DNA of 20,000 nucleotides from the IMG/VR virus record IMGVR_UViG_3300006100_001445. One strand, given 5' to 3'. Within the stretch, counting starts at the first letter, position 1, and the number at the start of each line of letters is the position of its first letter. This DNA comes from an uncultured virus (IMG/VR IMGVR_UViG_3300006100_001445). Taxonomy: Duplodnaviria > Heunggongvirae > Uroviricota > Caudoviricetes. Of this stretch, positions 7,694 to 15,231 are shown in pieces. Both the position numbers and the translations under genes were made by a program. The notes below the pieces were generated by a model. The model was not told the origin of the DNA and did no database searches. It saw only the letters and a list, made by a program, of their open reading frames with translations.

Positions 7694-7931
7694 GTTTCAT
7701 TCTCCGTACACCACGCTTGAATTTTTCTGGCTCTTGATTACGGATTGAATTAATTAATCTACGTTCCAACTCCCCCGCTTGTTCAGCGTCGTAATTTTCA
7801 CGTATGTAGTTGATTAGATTGATAGCACCCTGAATAACGTGGGTGGCACGGCTTTCCACAAGATTCTCACGATCTTTGTGTACTATTAGGTTATCTAATT
7901 CATCAAGAATACTACGGGCCCGCTTTTGCAA
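7683..7931 (-). CDS. Hypothetical late protein, 82 aa (TTG start)
   Basis: GGAG RBS and ATAAATA upstream; helical, charged sequence. Confidence 0.7.
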   Translation of the reverse strand: MQKRARSILDELDNLIVHKDRENLVESRATHVIQGAINLINYIRENYDAEQAGELERRLINSIRNQEPEKFKRGVRRMKREN

Positions 7932-7953
7932 GATTTCAGCTCCAGTTTAGTAT

Positions 7954-7960
7954 TATTTAT
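7954..7960 (-). promoter_or_regulatory. T4-type late promoter (ATAAATA)
   Basis: Intergenic ATAAATA just after the helicase stop, upstream of GGAG and TTG 7931. Confidence 0.65.
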
Positions 7961-7966
7961 TGAAGT

Positions 7967-9406
7967 TCACTCGGATTTAGATTTAAGACCGGCCAGCATC
8001 TGCTTTAATTTGATGCTTTCTACACTACTGCCCGGAGTAGGACCGGCGTTTTCCAAGTCAAATCCTTCTCGTGCCTGCGGTTTGGCCCAGGGTTTGGCAT
8101 CAGTCACTGTGCTGCCGGTTTTGATTTGATTTAAAATATTGGCCGCCGGTTTTGATCCACCTGAACTTGTTTGTCCTTCTTCTCCCGGGTCAGTGATACG
8201 CATGGTTTCAATATTGTACTCTAGATCAATCTTTTGTCCCACACCTGTTGAGCTACGTGACTTCATACACTGGATTTGATAACGCCCACGTTCTTTCATT
8301 GCACGGCTGGTAAAGATACCAAACACGTTGTCCGCAGTATTGATCTTTGAAATACCACCAGCAATATGGCTATGGTCAAATTCAATTTCTTCTACTGCAC
8401 TACGATTCAACTGACTCGCTGTAACTAACAGCACACCCAGCTCTTGCGACAAGTTACGCAGTTCTTCTGCCACATACTTGTCTTTGATAAACTGATCGTT
8501 GGGATTGACTTTTACACTCACTGGCATTACCAAGTCCAAGTAGTCAACCATGACAAAGTCTACCTTGTTGTTGGTTTGTATTTGATATTCTTTGATAAAG
8601 CTACGAATATCATTCACGTTGCTTTGTGCTGGTAGTGCTTTGATTCTATACTTGCCAGCTTTTTTACCCACCATCTTGACTTTGAGTTCTGTAGTATCAA
8701 TGTCTTTGCGAATGTCTTTGGTGCCCATACTGGTCAACATAGCATCAGTACGCAAGGCCACCAGTTCTTCACTAAGTTCTAAACTTACATAAACACCCGA
8801 GAGTCCTTGCTGTATCCAACTCAATGCAATGTTCATCATGACCAAACTTTTGCCCGATCCCGATCCGCCAGCAAAGATATTGAGCTCGCCGCGGCTGAAT
8901 CCGCCGTACAAAATCTTGTCCATGGTTGGCCAACCGGTTGACACTTGTCCGCCCGAATTGAAGTAACGGTCAATACGTGTTTTGGGATCATCGAAATAGT
9001 CAGTGCCTAGGTCTTTGGTCAATGAGATTTGTACTGCATCCTTGATCAGTTTCTCCACAGGATCGTAGTCACCTTCTTCCAGCAAATCCGCGGCTTTGAG
9101 AATAGCACGGCTGAGTTCTTCTTTTCTGCTGAAACCTTCAAACTCCTGCATAAACCATTCTTGATGTCCATCAATGGCATTGGGAATTGGCTTCAAGTCT
9201 ATACCAGTAACTGCCCGAATCTGTTCATAGGTTGGCAAAGTTTTATGCTCTGCGCTGTGTTGCTGTATAAACTTGGCCGCATCTCTCAGTGTACGATCAA
9301 AGTTTTCTGGATTGTAAATGTTTTGCACACGCACAAAACTCTGTGCGTCCTGCATCATCATTTCCAAGAATAATTTTTGTATTTCGGGTGTGTATTCTTT
9401 TGCCAT
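7967..9406 (-). CDS. Replicative DnaB-like DNA helicase (T4 gp41-like), 479 aa
   Basis: Walker A GGSGSGKS, SLE, Walker B VMVDYLDL, TASQLNR and MKSR arginine finger; directly downstream of primase. Confidence 0.93.
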   Translation of the reverse strand: MAKEYTPEIQKLFLEMMMQDAQSFVRVQNIYNPENFDRTLRDAAKFIQQHSAEHKTLPTYEQIRAVTGIDLKPIPNAIDGHQEWFMQEFEGFSRKEELSRAILKAADLLEEGDYDPVEKLIKDAVQISLTKDLGTDYFDDPKTRIDRYFNSGGQVSTGWPTMDKILYGGFSRGELNIFAGGSGSGKSLVMMNIALSWIQQGLSGVYVSLELSEELVALRTDAMLTSMGTKDIRKDIDTTELKVKMVGKKAGKYRIKALPAQSNVNDIRSFIKEYQIQTNNKVDFVMVDYLDLVMPVSVKVNPNDQFIKDKYVAEELRNLSQELGVLLVTASQLNRSAVEEIEFDHSHIAGGISKINTADNVFGIFTSRAMKERGRYQIQCMKSRSSTGVGQKIDLEYNIETMRITDPGEEGQTSSGGSKPAANILNQIKTGSTVTDAKPWAKPQAREGFDLENAGPTPGSSVESIKLKQMLAGLKSKSE

Positions 9407-9409
9407 AGT

Positions 9410-10444
9410 TTAATTATATATTCTTTTCTTGCGTAGCTCAATTTTTAATTTGTTCGACTGACGTGCTTCAATAATGCTCTTGATAACAAACAATTTGCCA
9501 AATTCTTCCACAGCCGATGCCACGTCCTTGTGAGTCTCTTGCCAAACTGGGAAGGATACTGACCAGCCAAATTCAACCGCCTGGTCGACTAACCTAGCAC
9601 CGGCCCGATCTGCATCAGGTACTACAATGACTTCTCTGCCCAAGCTATCAATGATGTCAGCTTGCGTCTCACTGCACTCGTTACTGAGTACTGCTACCCC
9701 ATCTACAGCCATGGCGTCAAATGGACCTTCGACTACAATAACAAACTTAGCGTCTTTTAATTGACGATCCACGTTGAACACATAGTTAGGTTCGTAACTT
9801 GAGTGGTACTTGGGTTTAACAGTCTCATCAAATGTTCTTGACGTGTATCCAATGATTTGATTCCGCCAGGTAAAAGGAACGATCACACGACGGTTTAAAT
9901 TGTATTGTGTTTCTGGAGTCCAATAAAATTCGTATCTAGACAAATCTATTTTTCTACCAGCTGTGTACAGAACCGCGTTGTGAAATTCTTTAGGTACATC
10001 ACGATCATTGTTTAATGTGTAAAAATTACTGAGTGCGTGAAATGTCTGTGCTTCTTCTGGCAAGGGTCTTGCCTTAAAGTTTACAGGTTCTGCTTCTTCT
10101 ATTTCTACTAGAGTTTCAGGTGCTACCAATTCACGGATACGGATAGCATCAATTACTAATCGCTTAACAGTACCTTCGTCTGCACCTAGCCAACTTAGTA
10201 ACTTACGGAATTTGTATGTTAAGTGACGACCCGGAACATAGCTGGCTTTGAAGTTGCAGTTGAAACAATGATAACTAACACCACCATCTGCGTTCATTAC
10301 TAATCCGCCACGTCCACGAGTGTCTGTGCTTTCGCCATTGTGAGGACAACAAACGCCGTTGAAACTGGTCCAACCCGAACTGGAATTGGTTTTACGTTTA
10401 TGCGGTAATATTTGAGTTACAGCGTCGCGAATAGAGTTCAACAT
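9410..10444 (-). CDS. DNA primase (T4 gp61/DnaG-like, Zn-finger plus TOPRIM), 344 aa
   Basis: N-terminal CCPH...YHCFNC zinc-binding motif; IIGYTSR; TOPRIM VVEGPFDA and VPDAD. Confidence 0.9.
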   Translation of the reverse strand: MLNSIRDAVTQILPHKRKTNSSSGWTSFNGVCCPHNGESTDTRGRGGLVMNADGGVSYHCFNCNFKASYVPGRHLTYKFRKLLSWLGADEGTVKRLVIDAIRIRELVAPETLVEIEEAEPVNFKARPLPEEAQTFHALSNFYTLNNDRDVPKEFHNAVLYTAGRKIDLSRYEFYWTPETQYNLNRRVIVPFTWRNQIIGYTSRTFDETVKPKYHSSYEPNYVFNVDRQLKDAKFVIVVEGPFDAMAVDGVAVLSNECSETQADIIDSLGREVIVVPDADRAGARLVDQAVEFGWSVSFPVWQETHKDVASAVEEFGKLFVIKSIIEARQSNKLKIELRKKRIYN

Positions 10445-10451
10445 TCTGTAT

Positions 10452-10480
10452 ATTATACAGGATATTTTGTACTACGTCAA
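10452..10480 (-). promoter_or_regulatory. Sigma70 consensus promoter of primase-helicase, probably leaderless
   Basis: TTGACG (10480-10475), 17 nt, TATAAT (10457-10452), then 7 nt to ATG 10444; no SD. Confidence 0.8.
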
Positions 10481-10483
10481 CTG

Positions 10484-10927
10484 TTACGGGGTTGTAGAAT
10501 AGTACGCTGGTAGTACTTCTAGATCCAAAGGAACACCATAATTGTCATCAATGTACACCGGAGTAACTGTGCCGGCAGCGTTGGCACTGAAAGTTAGTTT
10601 GTAGAAACGGTTTTCCAAACTGTCTATAGTAGCGCGGTCTAGTGTAAAATTACCTTGGCCTAACTGAATGTTTGCCCAAGTAATTGGATATGAACTGATA
10701 GTTTTTTGATTGGTAGGATCTTGTATTTGTGCAGTCATTGTGGATCCCGTCAAGTCAACACTTTTTTGATCCTGATTTTTAACTATGACTTGTATGGGAT
10801 TATCAATACCTTGATAAACTTTGATTGGGCGGCTGTACACTTGGCGATTCCTTGTTGTAAATATGCGAGGATCAAAAATTTGAACTTCCGCAGTATTTGG
10901 GTAGAGATAGGCTTTTACGGTAATCAT
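10484..10927 (-). CDS. Beta-rich putative virion protein (BppU N-terminal/Ig-like), 147 aa
   Basis: AAGGA RBS and TATAAATA upstream; the IKVYQGIDNPIQVIVKNQDQKSVDLTG pattern resembles baseplate upper-protein N-terminal domains. Confidence 0.55.
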   Translation of the reverse strand: MITVKAYLYPNTAEVQIFDPRIFTTRNRQVYSRPIKVYQGIDNPIQVIVKNQDQKSVDLTGSTMTAQIQDPTNQKTISSYPITWANIQLGQGNFTLDRATIDSLENRFYKLTFSANAAGTVTPVYIDDNYGVPLDLEVLPAYYSTTP

Positions 10928-10945
10928 ATTTTGGTCCTTATCCTA

Positions 10946-10953
10946 TATTTATA
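10946..10953 (-). promoter_or_regulatory. T4-type late promoter TATAAATA (leftward)
   Basis: Exact T4 gp55 late consensus on the minus strand, 18 nt upstream of ATG 10927. Confidence 0.75.
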
Positions 10954-10983
10954 CGATATTCTTTTGATTGGCTGTATCCAGAA

Positions 10984-10991
10984 TATAAATA
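10984..10991 (+). promoter_or_regulatory. T4-type late promoter TATAAATA (rightward)
   Basis: Exact consensus on the plus strand, upstream of GGA and GTG 11018. Confidence 0.7.
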
Positions 10992-11017
10992 AACAAGCAC
11001 AACAATTATTGGACACC

Positions 11018-11653
11018 GTGGAAGATTTAACTCAACAGATAACAAAATTTTATGTATATTCTTATGCACGATCCTCTAACGGAACACCGTACTATATCGG
11101 TAAGGGCTGTGGTTGGAGAATGTTTAGTAAACAACACTCAGTCACTGTCCCCAAAGATAGATCTAAAATACAAATAATAGCAAAAAATCTATCGGAATCT
11201 GAGGCACACCAATTGGAGGCAAAATTAATTTCTATTTTTGGTCGTAAAGATTTAGGAACTGGAATTTTACATAACCGTAGCAATGGCGGAGAAGGATCTA
11301 GCGGAGCATATAGATCTGCCGAAACTCGTGCTAAAATTAGTGCTAGTAATACTGGTAAAAAATTACCAAACAGATCAGAAATACACCGCAAACGATTGTC
11401 AGACTCGCAAAAAGGTATTAAACGTTTGCCATTGTCTAAAGAACATAGAGATAAAATAGGGCAAGCACATAAAGGGAAAACAATTACTAAAGAAACTACA
11501 GATAAATGGCGTAAATCAATGGAACTACGCAAACAATCCGGGGTTATTGATATCCGCAATATTAAAAAAGTAACTTGTCCGCATTGTAATAAAACCGGCG
11601 GTGGTGGTAATATGACCCGGTATCACTTTAATAATTGTAAGAATAATGAATAA
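11018..11653 (+). mobile_element. Free-standing GIY-YIG homing endonuclease with NUMOD3 repeats (Seg-like), about 211 aa
   Basis: FYVYSY...PYYIGKG, conserved R and E residues, GILHNRSNGGEG; NUMOD3-like repeats (RSAETRAKISASNTGK, RSEIHRKRLSDSQKG, LSKEHRDKIGQAHKG); C-terminal CPHC...H...C. Visibly AT-rich. GTG 11018 chosen because the ORF-track start 10706 lies inside the opposite-strand gene. Confidence 0.85.
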
Positions 11654-12020
11654 CGAACAGACATCAGTACTTAGCTCCTACCCTTTCCTTTCTCACATCA
11701 CCTACGGCGGTAATGATTACATCGGCATCATACAAAATTCAGACGAAGTTATAACTACTCTTTACGATTTTGGACAACTGAAAGACACTGAAGTCAAGCG
11801 TTTATTCCTGAGCTTGGGGGAAACTTGGTGGTGGGAAAGCAATAGATTAATGCCGATCAATGTGTTTTTAAAACAGGATTGGGCAATATTCAAAGCGTGT
11901 CTACGTACCATGAACTCAAAAGACGTAGAAATTATTATGGGCCCGTATGTGAGCCTAAAAGAAATGGCCAGTAAACGTAGCAAGCGTAAATCAATTACGC
12001 TGGTACGAAAAATGCCCTAG
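11646..12020 (+). CDS. Hypothetical phage protein, 124 aa
   Basis: Start overlaps the endonuclease 3' end; GETWWWESNRLMPINVFL motif; stop overlaps the convergent mini-DnaE stop (CTAG). Confidence 0.8.
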   Translation: MNNEQTSVLSSYPFLSHITYGGNDYIGIIQNSDEVITTLYDFGQLKDTEVKRLFLSLGETWWWESNRLMPINVFLKQDWAIFKACLRTMNSKDVEIIMGPYVSLKEMASKRSKRKSITLVRKMP

Positions 12021-12610
12021 GCAAACCCGTAGCTGAGCCGTTCACAAATCAAATTCATATTGACCACTACCAAATGAGCATAGGCCACTGCGTGGCTTTT
12101 CTTGAAGTAGTAGTCGCCATCCGCAGGTTTTTCCCACACAGTTTTGGCCACTTCGGCCCAGGGCAGTCCGATCAGGTGTCGTTTGGCCGGCCGTATTACT
12201 GCCAAAAACATGGCCATTCTAGCAATCGTGGTCACAGCTTCGGGCATTTGAATTAGTGTCTTGTAATGATTGTTGATGTGAATTAACTGCCCACAGAACT
12301 CTGGCTCATACAACAAGTCCCACAAGGGTTCGGCTGTCATTAATTCTTGCAGGTGCTGTTCATTCTTTATCTGCGTATATAATGATACGTTTAGCAAGTC
12401 CAACTTCATATAGCCTCGGTCTTCGGCTGCCTCATAATCTATACTGGCCAAACCTGTGAACGGATCCTGCGGAATGTCGGTTACATATATACCAGTGTTG
12501 TGCGGCACCAACTTGTCGTCACGCAATATGCTGGCTGGCGTGTGCGTTAACAACCGCAAGGCCTGTGTGCGATCTCCAAAGTCAATGTCAATGTCTGACC
12601 GAAATTTCAT
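12017..12610 (-). CDS. dnaE: Miniature DNA polymerase III alpha (family C, DnaE)-like catalytic-core protein, 197 aa
   Basis: SDIDIDF, HNTGIYV, GYMKLDLL, AVIRP and YYFKKSHAVAY match the DnaE motifs PDFDVDF, HAGGVV, GLVKFDFL, ALFRPG and YGFNKSHSAAY in order. ATG 12610 overlaps the upstream stop (ATGA). Confidence 0.8.
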   Translation of the reverse strand: MKFRSDIDIDFGDRTQALRLLTHTPASILRDDKLVPHNTGIYVTDIPQDPFTGLASIDYEAAEDRGYMKLDLLNVSLYTQIKNEQHLQELMTAEPLWDLLYEPEFCGQLIHINNHYKTLIQMPEAVTTIARMAMFLAVIRPAKRHLIGLPWAEVAKTVWEKPADGDYYFKKSHAVAYAHLVVVNMNLICERLSYGFA

Positions 12611-13329
12611 AAGCCTGCCTTCTTTAGCACATCCTTGACCCATTCGGTATCACCAAGATAATCTTGAAACCTGCGTTGCCAGTGTGCAGGATCAATCCAA
12701 GGTAGTATCATTACCACCTGTTCTTCGGTAAGCCCATCAAGGAACGCAACCCCTGAGTCACAGTTATATATAATCCAAGGGCTAATGCGACCGGTAGCGA
12801 TATGATGACAGATACGGTTAGTGTTGCCATACATAAAATAATCAGTAAAACCATTCCTAAGCTCAGGGTGGTCGTCTGCGTAGTCTTGCATTTCATTTAG
12901 TGCCCTTTCCAATGCGTCTTGTACTGCTTCTTTCTTTAGATACTCCAGCATCCACTCTTCATACAAGGTGTCTCGACACCAATGGTCTATTTTTTTATTA
13001 TTACGCAGTAGCCAGTCAAGAAAATTAACAAAGCTAATACAACGTACAGATTGACAGTATCGTCCAAATTTGACGAAAGCGTTATAATAAGGACTGCTAA
13101 CAAAATCTTCATAGCTTTTTAGCTTGGCGCTACCTTGTGTTACTTCGTAGAATCTCAAATAGGCTTTAAGTCCCAGTTGTACTCCCACTTCCTTTTCCTG
13201 TTGCCAACGTCGCTTGGGCTCACAGAGATGCACCGCAAGACTGGACTCTTTGCGGAATTCTTTTTCACAATACCGACACTTATAGATCGGACTTGATTCG
13301 TTTATCGTCCCAGCCGAGACTTTTTGCAT
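12607..13329 (-). CDS. Zinc-finger protein, possibly T4 gp59-like helicase loader, about 240 aa
   Basis: YKCRYCEKEFRKESSLAVHLC zinc finger followed by a helical domain; start uncertain (ATG 13329 overlaps the upstream gene by 50 nt). Confidence 0.6.
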   Translation of the reverse strand: MQKVSAGTINESSPIYKCRYCEKEFRKESSLAVHLCEPKRRWQQEKEVGVQLGLKAYLRFYEVTQGSAKLKSYEDFVSSPYYNAFVKFGRYCQSVRCISFVNFLDWLLRNNKKIDHWCRDTLYEEWMLEYLKKEAVQDALERALNEMQDYADDHPELRNGFTDYFMYGNTNRICHHIATGRISPWIIYNCDSGVAFLDGLTEEQVVMILPWIDPAHWQRRFQDYLGDTEWVKDVLKKAGL

Positions 13330-13750
13330 ACTGTTTAAGATCATCTTTATTGTTAATTTCTGACAACAGCTCAATATCATCTTCACCAAGATCAGGGCGT
13401 AGTTCGCGTAAAAATTTCTTGGCCTTGTTGTTGCCAGTTTCTCGTTTCTTGGCTGCCAACCACTGATGGTACTGATTGCCCATACCCGGACTCACTGTGG
13501 TGGCCAACAACCACTGTAGCTTTTTGTGCTGTGTGGCGTTGACGTCGAAGAAATTTTTATTCAATCGTTCGTTACAACTCATCAAGTAGTAGGCCTGTAA
13601 ATCTGCATTACCAGTTACAGTGGCACCATACCGAATCATCAAGAACGGACTAAACTTTTTCTTTTCTTCATCTGAGAGGCTGTCGTAAAACTCGCGGTTT
13701 TTACGATCAAATGCTGCCATCTCACTTTTGATGCTTAATTTATCTTCCAC
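13280..13750 (-). CDS. Probable sliding-clamp loader small subunit (T4 gp62-like), 156 aa
   Basis: KKFSPFLMIRY...CNERLN...HKKLQWLL...YHQWLAAKK resembles the gp62-family pattern; size and replication-operon context agree; GTG start. Confidence 0.55.
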   Translation of the reverse strand: MEDKLSIKSEMAAFDRKNREFYDSLSDEEKKKFSPFLMIRYGATVTGNADLQAYYLMSCNERLNKNFFDVNATQHKKLQWLLATTVSPGMGNQYHQWLAAKKRETGNNKAKKFLRELRPDLGEDDIELLSEINNKDDLKQYAKSLGWDDKRIKSDL

Positions 13751-14444
13751 TGTTGATCCATTTGGTTAGTTCTGTTGCTATCACATCGTGCCCGGCCACT
13801 GTTGGATGACCACCCGGAAACAACAGATGCGAGCTTCTAGCGTTTGCTTCTGTTGGCGTACCAGTACTGTAACTTGGTACATACTCCTTGAACGGTGCTG
13901 TTTCAAGTACTTGTCTCAATGTGCCGGGATAAAACCTTACCGGGTCAATGACTTGAAACTCAAATTCTGGATTGTAAAAATTGTGTACGTAGTAGTCTGT
14001 GATTTTATACTCTCGGCACAACAATGTCAACAAGGTCACATTCTTGTGATAATTAAATAACTCTAATCTTTCCGAATGTATGTATTTGTAATAGGCCGGC
14101 GACAGATTGTCCACTGTGTTGCCAACCTGTAGTTCTAGTGTGTGCGGATCCTGTTCCCACAGTTGATCACGTGCAGGTGGTACTGCATTTGGATGCCAGG
14201 CTATGCCTCTACTGATGTCTGTGATACAGAATAGTGCTGTGTATTGTGTGTCGGCATTGTAGTCTTTCTCTAAGAAGTTTGTAAACGACATAACCACGTG
14301 ATCAAAGCTGGTGGCAATACGACTGCGATCATCCAATGTTAGGCCCAGACGTTGAGCTAAGAGCGTGGGAAACGCTAGAGATTTGTCCTCCAGCTTGCCG
14401 CCAGCAGGCCAACTGTCACCAAATGTTAGCAATACATTACTCAT
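13740..14444 (-). CDS. SGNH/GDSL hydrolase-like protein, 234 aa
   Basis: Block I LLTFGDSW and block V-like GGHPTVAGH; ATGA coupling at 14444. Confidence 0.7.
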   Translation of the reverse strand: MSNVLLTFGDSWPAGGKLEDKSLAFPTLLAQRLGLTLDDRSRIATSFDHVVMSFTNFLEKDYNADTQYTALFCITDISRGIAWHPNAVPPARDQLWEQDPHTLELQVGNTVDNLSPAYYKYIHSERLELFNYHKNVTLLTLLCREYKITDYYVHNFYNPEFEFQVIDPVRFYPGTLRQVLETAPFKEYVPSYSTGTPTEANARSSHLLFPGGHPTVAGHDVIATELTKWINSGR

Positions 14445-14731
14445 ACTGGATGCCAATCGGGCGGTAGTGTTTTGGGGTCACGTGACAATTCATACACTAG
14501 TATAACACGATCTATGGCTTCTTGTAAAGCCGGCGTTCGTTCGGCTGTGTTGAATATGTCCATCCATTCGTTACGACGGCGTTCCAATTCAATACGAGCT
14601 TGCAGTTCGGGTGCCACGCTGTGTAGCACTCGTTCACTTGAACCGGCTTGGCGTTTGTATATGGTTAGCCCACCATCGGGACTTTCATATACATCATATG
14701 ACGATATCTGGCTGGCTTTGTATATGGTCAT
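14441..14731 (-). CDS. Hypothetical phage protein, 96 aa
   Basis: TAATG coupling; VYESPDGGLTIYKR motif. Confidence 0.75.
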   Translation of the reverse strand: MTIYKASQISSYDVYESPDGGLTIYKRQAGSSERVLHSVAPELQARIELERRRNEWMDIFNTAERTPALQEAIDRVILVYELSRDPKTLPPDWHPV

Positions 14732-15231
14732 TACCAAACCTTGCTATAATCTATAACCTCACTTTGACGACTGATGTCTTTGATGAAAAAAGCACACATT
14801 GGTTCTGGGCCTTCGGTTAGGGGTATTGCCAACAGTTGCCCGGGTTTGAGTTTGGGAAAATACCATTTGACATCTTGGTAGATATCTACAATCTCCACCG
14901 GGTGGAACTCAGGTTTGAAACTGGTCAAGGGATTGAATGTAAAAACATTAAAACCGCGATCATTGATACTGGTCAACGGTACTACTTCTAAATCGCCAAA
15001 GTCGGGTTCACCAATCAGTAGTTGCCAGTCCACAGGCATACGCACAACATTTTCGCCAATTTTTAGTACCAAAGCTGGGCTGTTGAATGATTCTAAAAAG
15101 ATCAAGGGAATGTAAAAGTAATCAGGGTCCTTGGGATCACTGTTGTCAAGTACGCAAAAACGTACCTCATCTATTTCTCCCGGGACCTGGTCCATGGGAT
15201 ATGCTGTATTATCTAATGTTAATATTCTCAT
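14731..15231 (-). CDS. Hypothetical protein with a degenerate Hint (intein-like) fold pattern, 166 aa
   Basis: ATGA-coupled to the helicase; beta-strand pattern described in findings. Confidence 0.65.
   Translation of the reverse strand: MRILTLDNTAYPMDQVPGEIDEVRFCVLDNSDPKDPDYFYIPLIFLESFNSPALVLKIGENVVRMPVDWQLLIGEPDFGDLEVVPLTSINDRGFNVFTFNPLTSFKPEFHPVEIVDIYQDVKWYFPKLKPGQLLAIPLTEGPEPMCAFFIKDISRQSEVIDYSKVW

Noticed and set aside
10706..11017. Long N-terminal extension of the endonuclease ORF
   Set aside because: It overlaps the opposite-strand 147-aa gene and both late promoters; GTG 11018 with a GGA RBS is more plausible.
10954..11653. Group I intron hosting the GIY-YIG gene
   Set aside because: No interrupted exon pair and no room for or sign of an intron core; it appears free-standing.
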